Assembly (NCBI GenBank): GCA_013265495.1
Contig: MU058221.1
Location: 5,750,066 to 5,814,065 of the forward strand
DNA length: 64,000 nucleotides
Direction of reading: 5' to 3'
Source: Vicugna vicugna
Lineage: Eukaryota
The notes under the pieces are model-generated. The model saw only the letters and a program-made list of their open reading frames with translations, was not told where the DNA came from and searched no databases. The translations under genes and the position numbers were made by a program. Shown in pieces: positions 13,723-26,594 of the stretch; within the stretch, counting starts at the first letter, position 1, and every line of letters begins with the position of its first letter.

Positions 13723-14323
13723 GTACGGGTATGGGGCGGGGAGAGGTGGCTCTGCCCTGGACTTGAAGGAGAAATTCTTTGTGAGGTGGTGAGATGAAGA
13801 GGTTACGGACTTTCAGATCTGGCTGACTAATGAAAACACCGCGTGCTTCCACGGTAGCGCTCTGCCAGTGGAGGGCCGACAGACGGCGCGCGCTGGCCTG
13901 GAGGCAGCGGTGAGATCAGACGTGTTAGGACTGAGGATGATGCAGTCATGTCATTCCTTTAGACAGCAAGGCAGTGCAATTGCTCGATCCATTTTCCTGA
14001 TTTGAGCTTGAAGCTTGGAAAGAATCCTCATAACTGATGAATAATATATCCCTGAGTGCCACTTCTTACAGGAATTTATTGTTCAGATCTTTTGTCTGAA
14101 GTATTCTAGATCATTTGGATACAAATGTGTGCTCTAGGAGAGAAAGAAGACATCTTTGTTCATAACTACTGTAATTCTAACCCTAATACTGTTAATGATA
14201 GCTGTCTGCATCTTCACATGCACAGATGTTTTTGTTCCTTTTGATGTGGAAGGAACAAAACAAACCCCACAGTGTATGAGAAACGCACACTTATTTTGCA
14301 AATTCATGGTTCTCTTGTCCTAG

Positions 14324-14454
14324 GTTTGATGATCTGATGGCCAATATTCCACTGCCTGAGTACACAAGGAGGGATGGCAAACTGAACTTGGCCTCGAGGC
14401 TGCCAAACTACTTTGTCAGGCCAGATCTGGGTCCCAAGATGTATAATGCTTATG
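14324..14454 (+). CDS. KDM3A: KDM3A exon (~21): [27 protein letters not shown]...PKMYNAY
   Basis: tcctag|GTTTG ... TATG|gtaagg. Confidence 0.96.
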
Positions 14455-17352
14455 GTAAGGAAGAAACGGCTAACTTGGAAAAATTGTCACAGAAATAAAA
14501 CAAGTTAAAATGTTTGAAACATTGATTTTTGCGGGGGGTAGTTGGAAAATGTCTGTAGTCCTAACCCTTAGCCACAGCAGTCGTCTTCATTTTTGCGTAT
14601 TTCCTCTCATTCCTTGGCTCGTGTACCTTTCCTAGTTGTAGGGCACATGCCATTTAAAATTTTTCTTTTCTACACTTAGTATGACACTGTAAAATCTTTA
14701 CATATTGCTTACTGGTTTTTAGTATGATCGTTTTAATGGTTGCTTGGTGCATCATTGAATGGATGTAATTTTATTCATTATTGTTAACGTTGCTGGACAT
14801 TTAGGTCAGTCTGCTAGCATTGCAGCTGTTTTAACATCTGCTACACTTAAGTGCTCTGCTCTCTGTTGGTGGGTAGTAGTTAGTTGCTTAAGTTAAAGTT
14901 AGCATTGAAAGTGCTGAATTATAGTCCTTTGATTTACTCCTTCCTCCCATAATTATCCCAACTCCTGTCTCTCAGACTGGAAGGGGAAGAACAGAATCTT
15001 CTGCAATCTTTGCCATGTTCTCCAGACACTGTTGGGGCAGAAGTGGTTATCTGAGAGGTTTTCAGAATAAACAGTCTGCTTGGTTTAAACAACTTGACAG
15101 TAGATTTCTCCCTCAGACGCTAGTAGATAGATGGCAGTGTTACTCTATGATACTTGTGACATAGTGGTTCCATTCAGAGGAAGCAGTTAGGGGCTGAAAA
15201 TAATGAAAATGTGTTCGTCTTCAAACACCTTACACCTTATCATAAACATCATTAAAGAGCGGTCATTTTTCGAAAGTTGAGTGACTGAGCTGTGACTTCT
15301 CAGTCAAATAGAGTAGAGTGAAAAGGTTCTTTGGAAATATCAGGGGGTTAACCTCTATCCAGCTCCAGCAGCACCAACCGGTTTTACAGATGGGAACCAG
15401 GACTGGAGGGGATTAGAAGGGACCTTGACCTAATCTGGGTCTCCAGGGAGCATCTAGTGGCAGGTCTGGGACTAGGACTCGGGTCCCCTGGTTTCCAGGC
15501 TGGAGCCAACCTCCAGCCCCTGCACACTGTCACCCAGCAGCCCCTACTGTGTCAGCTTATGTTCTTTTCATAAAAGTCTGTGGTGTGTTTTGTTTACAGG
15601 ATTTTCCATTTTCTGGGAATCCTTTCCCTGGGACCATTGTTTTTGGGTCCATCTGTGTTCAGGCTGCCTCAGTGTAGAGGCTGGTTTTATCAGTGTGCAG
15701 TCACCCGTAGCTGGGGTTGGATGGACTTTGGGCTGACGGCTGGGTGGGTGTCGTTTCCTTTGTTTTGCACAACTCTTTTGTAGTCAGTTTGGCACTGGCC
15801 AAACCAGCAAGCAGCTTCTGCCGAGGCTCTGCGACCTGTTCACCTCCCTGCCTCCCCTCAGCTCTCTCTCCTTCCTTCTGCCCCAGTGGTAACCAACATC
15901 CTGAAGTTTGTGTTTATCGTTTCCTTCCAGTTATAATTCTACCGTATATATTTATATTCCTGCAGAATATTTTTGCAGTGTTTCCCCCGGATTTGAACTT
16001 TATATAAACAGAATCAGACTTTTGGAGCTTCACCTGGTCCGTCATCAGTAATTGTTCATTTCATTCATTTGCCTTCTATCACGTTACTTGCTTTTTTCCT
16101 CTCAAATTTTACTTTTTTACTTTTTATTATAAAAATACTTTCCAAATGCACTGAAAACTTAAGAGTCTAGTACAGTGACTTCCTATATACTCATTACCCA
16201 GTTACAACAGCCATCCAGTTTTTCTGTAATTGTTTCATTATTTCCTCTCTTTATATTTTTCCTTCAGCATTTTAAAGAAAATCTCATATATCCTGTGATT
16301 TCACCCAATATTTAATGCTTCACCTACTCCTAGGGCTGATTATTTCAGCAAATGGGAAAGAAAGGAAAGCACAGCAGGGCTCGAGGGCCGGGGCCCCAGG
16401 TTGAAACTGTGAGGTGCCCCCTCCTGTGTGTAGCTGCTCTGACAGCCACAGGCCCCCGCAAGCCAGAAAGCCGTCCCTTGGCCTCCAGACAGGACAGGGC
16501 TGTTTCAGGGCCTGGCGGGTTAGGAAACAGCCTCTGCTTGCCCGCCCCATGCCTGGCTCCCCTCTGCTGCCCGGTCTAGAAGCCGCATCCTCACGTCAGG
16601 ATGGGCTTGGTGAGCCTCGGGGTGAACGCGGAGCAAGTTGAGCCTTCTCCTGGGGGAGGAGATTAGAGCTCGGATCACGAGCCCCAGTGTGGACCTCGTG
16701 CTCTGGCTCACCTCTTTTCTTTCACGTTTGAGGGAACCACAGAGCACGCTGGACAGGGTTCCTTCTTATACTGACTACATGGTCATTTGCGGTCCTGGCT
16801 TTATGTGTACGCAGCGGGGGCGGGGTGGGGGGTTTCTGTTAGACTCTCCATCTTAAGTGGACCCTGGGCCGACGTCTTGCCCCAGAGCCCTCCTAGGCTG
16901 TGCCAACTGAAGCTCGAGCTCACCTGGTTGAGCAAACACCTTTGGCAAATCCCAGCCCCAGGGGTCCACTCTGCCATTCCCGAGTCCTGCTTTCTAGTTT
17001 CGGCTTCTAAATATTTCTTCTTTTCTTGCCAGCATATTGACTTATTAAAAATTTCTTTTCAATAATTTCACCCAGGATTTTCAGTTGTTCTCAGCAAGAG
17101 GGACCTACTTCACCTATCACCAGAAACAGAAGTCTAGTAGTAGGAGTTGGGTTTTTATTTTTAATTATTTAATAAGAGATTATCTGAAATCAAAGTTGAA
17201 AGGGTAAAATAATTTAATATTAAATATTGTTCTATTACTTTTACATGCTTAGAAAGGCAACTTCTAAATTTTGTGATCAAGTATCCCTGGGAGTGGGGAA
17301 GACTGTGTCAGCTTTGGTGTCTCAGTAAATATAAGGCATTTTCTGTTTGCAG

Positions 17353-17472
17353 GATTAATTACTCCAGAAGATCGGAAATACGGAACAACAAATCTTCACT
17401 TAGATGTATCTGATGCAGCTAATGTCATGGTCTATGTGGGAATTCCCAAAGGACAGGGTGACCAAGAAGAAG
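17353..17472 (+). CDS. KDM3A: KDM3A exon (~22), JmjC HxD iron-binding motif ([11 protein letters not shown])
   Basis: ttgcag|GATTA ... GAAG|gtaggg. Confidence 0.96.
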
Positions 17473-17552
17473 GTAGGGTGCTGAGCATGAAGTGGGGCTT
17501 ACTCTCTGAGCTGGAGCTTGTGGTCTGATACTTGCTTTTCCTCTTGTTCTAG

Positions 17553-17692
17553 AAGTCCTTAAAACCATCCAAGATGGAGATTCTGATGAGCTCACAATAA
17601 AGCGATTTATTGAAGGAAAAGAGAAGCCAGGAGCCCTCTGGCACATATACGCTGCTAAGGACACAGAGAAGATACGAGAATTTCTTAAAAAG
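17553..17692 (+). CDS. KDM3A: KDM3A exon (~23): [12 protein letters not shown]...[22 protein letters not shown]
   Basis: ttctag|AAGTC ... AAG|gtgtgc. Confidence 0.95.
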
Positions 17693-18918
17693 GTGTGCTC
17701 CTTACCCCCTGGCGTGCGGTGAGAGGCATGCAGAATAGCAGTATTAGAGGAGACTGTGTGCCGAGGACCCGCTGGGTTAGCGGGGGGTAATCCCAGCCCC
17801 GGAGGCTGAATCTGGGCGTGTCAGATTGGCCAGGCCGAAGCTGCCTGCCAGGGGGCGGCGGTCTCTAGGTGATCAGGCTCACACCTCTGAGAATAGGGGG
17901 GCTTGTCTTTCCTATGTCTGTGTTTTATGTTTTAGAGCATTTGGAGATTTCTGTGCTCTACCTTCAATGTAGTTCCTCTGATCTTCATGCAGTATCTGTT
18001 TTTATTGCTTTGAAAATCTGTGCACTTCAGAAGTGCGTGTGTCAGTCCTTCGCCCTTGATGACTGTGTTCTGAGTGAGTCCCTGTTGGTTTGTCCTCCCT
18101 CACTTAGTGGGAGGTCAGGAAGACGTCTCGCCCTACTGTGGCCATGAGCTTGTGAAGGGCCATGGGAAAGGGATGCTGGGTTGGAAGGTTCCAGGTTTCC
18201 AGTAGTTAACAGGTTGTTTGGCAGGGGTTCTGCTTGGAGGTTGCAGGCAGCTGGAAAGATGGGTGTATTCAGTTTTCAGCCTGTTTCCTACTGAGGCTGC
18301 TGGTGGCCGCCCAGATATCGGTGGCTGGTCTCTGCGGTTGTTCACGAGGAATAAATGTGAACACACCTCGCCTGCTGCCTGGTACCAACTGGGTCCATAA
18401 CCAGCATTGGTTTGAATCAAGATGTTTCTGACTAAGGATAATTTGACTTTTCAGAAAACCTGCTGGTTACCATATTGTTCCTTTGATAGTGTCACCCTGA
18501 GTCGGCTGACGGATACCGGGTCTAGAATAAGCAAGATTAATCTACAGTCATCTTTGGGATTATTAAGTGGACACAGGTTTTTCAGAACTGCAGTACGCCA
18601 AGCCTGTTTCTAAGGAGCTTAACTACTTACATTCAGAAGTCAAGGCCAAAATATTGTCCAAACACAGGATTTACAAAAAATATGCAGACTGCCAGTCATG
18701 GTTTATAGGAAATGACAGAAGAGAAGCCACGTTTTCTTTCAGCCGTCTCTCGGTTCATTCAGTTAATGTCTTGGAGCACTCGTTGTCCCTTTCTGCCAGC
18801 AGGGGTGCAGATTGAAGAAGGCCTGACGTTACGGACTGCCACACTGTTCAGGAGGCAAAATGCCCCCCTTGGGTCTCAGCATGTTGCTCGGTTTCATAAT
18901 ATTTTGAATGTATTCTAG

Positions 18919-19342
<424 letters not shown>

Positions 19343-20085
19343 TGACTCTGGCTTCATGGCCTGTTACTGACCTGATACGAATAATCAGCAAACTTGGCCG
19401 CATCACACTTGGTACAGTGACTTGATGAACTGGCTTTGTGTCTAGTTCTGTCTACTTAGGCAAAGAAGGAATGAACCCAAAGGAAATCTCATTTCAGTTT
19501 GATATTGTTTAGACTCTGTAAGGGGCTGTGCCCCAAAAGAAAGGCTTTAGTATTGAAAATGAATAGGCCTGACTTCTGATTCTGGCTCAGCTGCCAGACA
19601 GGGGTCTTGAACAAAGACCTTTCATGCTGGAGTGTTCTCAGTCTCGGGTAGAGCGGAACAGAATCTCTGTGATCCAGAGTGGGCCTGAAAGGGTGGGTTT
19701 TTTAGGGGCTTTCAGTAGTGAATTATATAACATATAATTCCGTGTTGGAAAAACTAGGGAAATAGATAACCTCTGAAAAATAGAACTGTATCCTGGGACT
19801 TGCTTCTCCTGCTCTCCCATGCAGGCAGGGCCATGCGAGATCAGAGCCTGAGGAAGGGGGGAGACGAGCTTTAAGTTCCTCAAAGGAGGCTTGGGTTTTA
19901 AATGCCTGTGTGCTACTAGCCTAAAGGGGCCTGGAGGCCTTTAGAATACTATTAACATTTCATACTGAATTTGGAGTTTTAAAATCCGAGATCATGGTCA
20001 TAAAATCGATAGGGGAAAAGTTTATTCTTAGTGACCGACTTTAGATTTAATGGTAAACTGACCATATTTTCTCTCATTCTTCTAG

Positions 20086-20166
20086 GTGAAGAATGTTATC
20101 TACCACGCAGTGAAAGATGCGGTTGCTATGCTGAAAGCCAGTGAATCCGGTTTTGGCAAACCCTGA
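20086..20166 (+). CDS. KDM3A: KDM3A last coding exon: VKNVIYHAVKDAVAMLKASESGFGKP*
   Basis: ttctag|GTGAAG; TGA at 20164-20166. Confidence 0.96.
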   Translation: MKNVIYHAVKDAVAMLKASESGFGKP

Positions 20167-20772
20167 GGGCCCCAGAGACGCCTTAACCCTGCACATTGGA
20201 AGTGAATTACTGGCAGCTGTTCAAACTCTCCAGGCAGGATTCCTGTGGACTTTGAGATTCATGTTACCTCATCTTCTTTTTTAAACTGTACCCACCTGGT
20301 AAGGGTACTCTGTCTAATGTATATTTCTAGTGTTTACAGACACTAAATGTGTATATGTAGTAACTATTTACAGAACATGCATCCTTAAACTGTGACTTCT
20401 CCCCGAGGGCAGAGCGTCTACCCAGCTGTAAAAACAAAACCTCTCATCAGCTCTGGAGCAACATCTGCAGTTATTCCCCAGCTGTTTGGTTGGACAGCTT
20501 AGTCAAATGGGTTAATAACTATTAGGGATCACTGCGCAGTTATCTGGATGGCGTTTTATTTTGCGTCCGAGCACTCTCTCTCCCGCCCCGTAGGGCCCAG
20601 AGAGCAGTGGAGGAAGCGGCAGCCAGCGGTGCGGCCCTCGCCGGGCCGCATTAGGGCCGGCGTCACAGAGCAGAACTCAACTACTGTACAATTCTTGGGG
20701 TTAACCATCTTTAGTTAAATGGAGTCTTAATTTAAATGAAGCTTTGCTAATTTTACGTGTTCCGCATTTTGC

Positions 20773-20778
20773 ATTAAA
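20773..20778 (+). terminator. KDM3A polyadenylation signal (ATTAAA), cleavage near 20790
   Basis: ATTAAA about 610 nt after the stop codon, followed by a GT/T-rich downstream element (tgtttggg...gttttttgg). Confidence 0.75.
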
Positions 20779-22519
20779 GTATTCATATAATGTTTGGGCT
20801 CAGTTTTTTGGTATTATCCTCCAGTTATGGATTCAGTGTACCTTCCGTCAGATGTTACAGGCGTAAGAGTTTGCCCCAGGAACTCGTCTGAAAAAGCACA
20901 GAAATTCGATGCTCTAGTGATTTCTGAGTGATTATTATAATGCTAACATGGAAACAAGTTTCTCCCCAGCCAGGTGGAAACCCTTGCACACTTTTGTAAA
21001 GAAATACCACTGAGTAACTACTTTCACAAGTGGGAATTAGCCAGAAAACCAAATAGTGACTGGCTAAATGGTTCTTAAAAGGTGGGAGATTGAAATACTT
21101 TATCTTCTGGCCCTTCATAATTTAAGCATTTATAAAGGAAAATGAAAGTAGAAGTTTCAAAACAGTAGCATCTCTATGAAGGATGAAAATTCATAAGGAA
21201 GCCACCTCTCTGTGCTCACTGGTTCTCCATTAACTTGGAATCAAGTAGCATAGATGAGGCCGAGAGCCTGGGTTTTTACCTATGAGCTCAGAGTAGGTCA
21301 AAGGTCCCTGACTAAGGCCAACCCCCTCCAAGCCAGAATCTTTAAAGGATGAACTTCCAGATCATTCTGAAAAGAGTAAGTAGGAATATCTACTTACCTG
21401 ACTGGGAAATGTCTTTCTCTGGGAATTTCTTATCAGAAGCTCCTTTATACAGTTTTGGATCTAAAACTGGCACTGTTGGTTGGAAATCTCCAGTAGCCAA
21501 AAGAAGAAGAGAATGTGCATTCTCTTTAGAGGAAATCACCTTCAAGCCAGGCCTTAAAGGAGCCCCATAGATAAGCCTAAGGACTGTAATTCATAGTCAA
21601 GTGCATTGTCTCCACAAATATGGAACCTGAAAGCCACCAAGAGCAAGAGTCAATGAAAACCTTCAAACTGCCGTATTAAACTTGCAAAGTTTATAGATTC
21701 TGGAATGACCCAGTACTTATTTTGTATTCTGAAATGTCTAATATGTTTAAAGAAATAAGAGTATAAGAGTGTGATGAAAGAATGAGATTGCCAGGAATAA
21801 CCAGATTTGGAAGGAAGCTAAATAGAACTTACAGAAATGAGACATGATGGTTAAAATTAGAAATTCAGCAGATGAGTTAAGCAGCAGAAAAAAGTTGTTT
21901 TACAAACTGGAAGATTGGTAAAAATGCACAATACAGCACTGAGTAACAGGAAACTATAAAGAAGGACACAGAAAATGAAAGGTTTGATGATCAGTGACAG
22001 AAAACCAAGAGAACAAAACAGGGAGGGAGGGTGACATTCAGAGACTGAAATTTTTCCAGCACTGACATGTCATCAGACTGAAGAAGCGCGACTGAATCAA
22101 GATAAAGCACCCACACCTGTGTGGTACACAGTATTAAACGGAAGGAGTGTCCAAACACATACGTTCTTTAAAGTACCCAGAATGGGGAAAACACGATCTT
22201 CAAAGACGTGACAGTAACAGCTGACTTAGCAGCAGTGGGAGCCAGCAAAGTAGATGCCACTCTTCCTGTGCCAGAGAACATCCTGTAAAGTCAGTCTAGA
22301 CACAGCAAAACTTTACGGGCATTTTCAGACAAAAACCAGAGTTTCTTTTCAGGCCCTTGTTGAGGGAACTTTTAAGAATATCCCTAGGAAAGAAAACCCA
22401 CATCGTGCAAGAAAAAATGGTGTACAAGGGAGGTTGTACATTCCTGGATGACCTTAAGCAACATAGGAATAAAACTATTTTTAGAAGTTTGGATAAATTT
22501 CCTGAAAAAGTTAAATATA

Positions 22520-23065
22520 AAATTAACATTATGATCCAGCAATTCCACTCCTAGTTATGCTCAAAAGAACTGAAAGCAGGGATTCAAGCAGATTCTGGTC
22601 CACTCATATCCACAGCAGAATTATTCACAAGAGCCAGAAGGTGGAAACAACCCAGCAGGTGACTGGATGAACAAGATGTGGCATCTACATACAATGGAAT
22701 ACTTCTCAGTCTTGAAAGAAATTCTGACACATGCTGCAACATGGATGAATTTTGAAAATACGCTAAGTGAAGTAAGGCAGACACAGAAAGACAAGTACTG
22801 TATGATTCCACTTACGAGAATCGTATTCCTAGAAGAGTCAAATTTCATAGTCGGAAAGTAGAATGACGGTTACTGGGGCTGAGAGGAAGAGGAGCTGGAA
22901 GTTACTGTTTAATGGATAGTTTCTTTGTGGGATGGTGAAGTTCTGGAGATGGATGCTGGTGATGGTTGTACAACATTATAAGTGTTCTTACTGCCACTGA
23001 ATTGTACACTTAAAAATGATTAAAATGGTCAACTTTGTGTTATGTATATTTTAACCAAAATAAAA
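22520..23065 (+). mobile_element. L1MB-type 3' end
   Basis: ORF2 C-terminal remnant and 3'UTR ending ...gttatgtatattttaacc plus an A-rich tail. Confidence 0.85.
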
Positions 23066-23559
23066 ATTAACTCCAAGTAGGAGGAGCCTTCGGAGTTGAA
23101 TGAGAAAATGACATTCTTATTTTTAACTGATTAAAAAGACAGGAAGGAAGGAACAAGTGGGCCTTTTCTAAACACTGGTTTCCCCCACTATTCGAAAGTA
23201 GAGATTTCCTGTGAAACCTTTCCTAAGTGTAGAAGCAGGTGCCACAGGACACATCTTGCTCGAGGATGCACAGCATAAATCAAGACAAAGCGCAGGTGCT
23301 CACAGACACAGTTCAGAACTACGGCGCCTTCAGGCCGAGGCGCTGAGTGCTGCTTCCTGGGAAGGGGCTCGGCGGCACCAGTTTCCCGGCTCGGGATGCG
23401 GCTCCGTCTGGGACCGCTCACTGCAGAACCAGCGCTGAACGCTGTTTTCACTTTCTGCCTTTTTTTTCTTTTTAGCAAAAATAGGTACTAATGTGAGTCT
23501 TTATTAAAAAGGGAAGTGGTGTAAAGCAAACTTTCAAAAGTGGGGGATACCTGTGCTCC

Positions 23560-24580
23560 AACTGCAAGATAAAGATGGTCTGACCAGATTAAAGACTTGG
23601 CTCTGTGCTATTTATAAAAGATACAGTTTGACTGTAGGTTAAAAGTAAAATTATAGAAAAGATTATTCGAGGCAGACATTAATTATATGAAGGCAAATAT
23701 GGCTATTAATACCAAAGTGATTTTAAGATAAGGTTTTAACCAGAGAGAGAACGTTTTCACAGTCATAGAAGGATCAACTCAGCAGGAAGCTACAATAATC
23801 CTAAGGAGGGTAAGCACCTCATAGCAGAGCTTCAGAATAACATGAAGCAAAAGTTGACAGAAGAAGAAAACAAATTCCTAATCATAGTTGGAGATTCTAA
23901 CCCACCTTTTTCTGTAATTCGTATAATAAAAACAGAACCAATAAGTATATAAAATATTTGAACCTATCAAATTGACCTGAAGCAAATCAACATTAGAACA
24001 CTAAAGCCAATGAGTGCAAAATACATTCATTTCAGGTGCATATTGTTCATTTGTCAAGAACAACAATATACTGCCCCCCCAAAAAACTAAATAAATTTCC
24101 AAGGATTATAGAAGTTGAAATCGTACAGAATATGTTCTTTGATGACAATGGAAACAAAGATAACTTCAAAGTCCTGAAGTGTAGTTGGAATTAAGCAACA
24201 CACTTCTAAGGATCTCACTGAACAAAAAGAAATCAGAATGGAAATGAGATATTTGGAATTGAACAATAAACATACAACCTTTCAAAAATGGTGGACCTCA
24301 GTTACAAAAGTGCTTGGGTGGGACTTTGCAACTTAAAGTGTATATATAGCAATATTTCTAAAATGTTTAGAAGAAGCACTTCATTAGTGAAAACATGCAC
24401 TAGGAAGATTTTTAACTATGGATTCAATTTTTTTAACAGATCTAAGACTGTTCAGATTTTATATTTTTATTATATGTTTTATTTCGTGTTAGCTGTGGGC
24501 TCGTCATACATGACAACATATGTTCAGGTACGTTCCCTCAATACTTTGTTGAGAGTTTTTATCACAAATGGGTGTTGACA
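23560..24580. mobile_element. Old L1 ORF2 fragments (+ strand, then a short - strand piece)
   Basis: Endonuclease-region similarity (atcatagttggagattctaacccacc). Confidence 0.65.
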
Positions 24581-24584
24581 GTTC

Positions 24585-26592
24585 CCAGTCAGCCTATGAC
24601 TGTGAGGGTAAACAACCAAGATTCCTCAGCGTGCTGTGTTCCGAGCATTTTCTGGTTACTGTGGTTTGTTTTCCCATCCCATGATGTCTACCAAATGCCC
24701 ATCTCTGTCTGCTGCTTCTGGTGGGAAAAGAGAACATGACTCTTGAGATGAAACTCAAAATTAATTGCCGACACGAGCGCAAGCCAGTAATGGTCACTGC
24801 ACGTGAGTTAGGACTTCTCACAACTGACGATCTCGACCATCTTAAAGGATAAGCGAGTCAGTGATGCAGTGAAGCAGCATCAGTTAAATACACTGTCATC
24901 ACAAAGAAAAGAGCCAGGCCAACTGACATTAAAAAACTGCCTGTCACGTGGAAGACCAGATAGAGAAGAGCATACGCCTCCACCTGCTGACGATCCAGGC
25001 TAAGACAAGAAGTCTTTGCGATTAGCTCTTCACATGCAAGTGTTTACAGCAAGTCATGGAAGGTTTCAGCACCTCAAAAGGCGTCCTAGTTTTCACAGTG
25101 TGAAAGTCAGCAGGGAGGCAGCAAGTGCTGATGCTGAAGGTGCCGGAGCTTTTAAGGAAGAGCTGCAGATGACATTGGATGAGAAATACTTGCCAGAGCA
25201 AAAAGTCAGTGTGGATGAAACAAGCCTGTTCTGGAAGAGTCTGCCAGAACGTGCATGCATTCATCAAGAGTCCAAAAAACTGCCAGGATTCAAGGCATTC
25301 GGGGACCGTTCAACACCGCGTTTGGGTGGAAATGGTGCAGGGTTCAAATTAAAGCCTCTTCCTAATCTACCTCTCAGAGAAGCCAAGGGCACTGGAGAAT
25401 GTGAGCAGGCATACACTTCCCATTTATTGTCACCATAGCAAGAAAGCCTGGCTGACAGAATTGTTTGAAGACTTAAAAAAAAAAAAAACTTTTATTCCAC
25501 AGGCAAGAGAAAACTGTAGGCAAACAACATCCCATTCAAGGTTCTTCTGATCTTAGACAATGCTCCAGGGCATCTACAGCACATCTTGTGACATGCATCC
25601 TGATGTAGAGGTTGTGTATTTGCCTCTGAGCACAACCAAAGTCCAAGTGCTAAGCACCGCAGCAGCGTGGGAAGGAGTCACACAGCAAGGCATGAATGGC
25701 ATTTGGAAGTAAAGTTTTGGAGACACATGTGAACACACTCAAAGGCTTTTAACAAAGCTGCTGCTACTGCTGCTGCTGAAATAGTAAGGAACAAGATACT
25801 AGTGCTTGGGAAACAGCTAGAATTGGACGTCGATGAAGAGGACATTCACGAGCTGCTCGGCATGGAGACTGAAGGGCTTCCCAATAAAGAGCTGATTGAA
25901 CTGGAGGAAGAAAAAGTTGAGGCAGAAGCTATATCCGAGGCACAAAGGAAGTTCACAGCAAAGAAACTGGCAAAGGCATTTGCTACTGTCACCAGCGGCC
26001 TACCGATGTTGGAAGAAATGGCTGTCAATTACCAGAGATTGGCAAGACCTGGCAGATACGTGATGCTCTTGCTTGCCACAGAGAAACAGATAATAAAAAC
26101 TATACTGTCAAGACTGGCTGTCTCCCCGAGGAACACTATGCCTACTAAACCATCAAGTGTCAGTGTCCCAGTTCCTTCTACCAGCTATTCTCAAGCCTCA
26201 TCAGAAGAGACAGATTGACAACCCTGTTGCCGTAGCATCCCCCTCATCCAGCAATTAATTTTAGTTCAGTGCTTCAAACATTCTTCAGATCCAGGGTGCT
26301 TTCAGCTGCGTACACTAATGGTGAGTACCATACAGCCATTCTGTTTCTCACTTTCAGTGCAGTATTCAGTAAATTATATGATATTCAATACTTTATTGAA
26401 TTTGCTTATTGAGGCTTGTGTTAGATGATTTTGCCCAACTATGGGCTAATGTAAGTGTTCTGAGCCCATTTAAGGTGGGCTAGGCTAAGCTATGATGTTC
26501 AGGTTTGGTATATTAAATGCATTTTTGGTGTAACTATTTTCAATTTATGGGTTTATTGAGACATAACTCCATTGTAAGTAAAGAGAAATCTG
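24585..26592 (+). mobile_element. Tigger4 (Zombi)-like pogo transposon with decayed transposase; 5' end missing
   Basis: CENP-B-type HTH remnant FTASHGRFQHLKRR...EAASAD; DDE blocks VDETSLFWK and VLLILDNAPGH; 3' end ...gagaaatctg followed by TA. Confidence 0.85.
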
Positions 26593-26594
26593 TA

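Noticed and set aside
20164..20205. Stop-codon readthrough or selenocysteine at the KDM3A TGA
   Set aside because: Context is TGA-G rather than TGA-CTAG, the extension would be only 12 codons, and no SECIS is evident
25016..26218. Possible domesticated TIGD/JRK-like gene
   Set aside because: Multiple frameshifts and stops, a missing catalytic block and a retained transposon terminus indicate a decayed element
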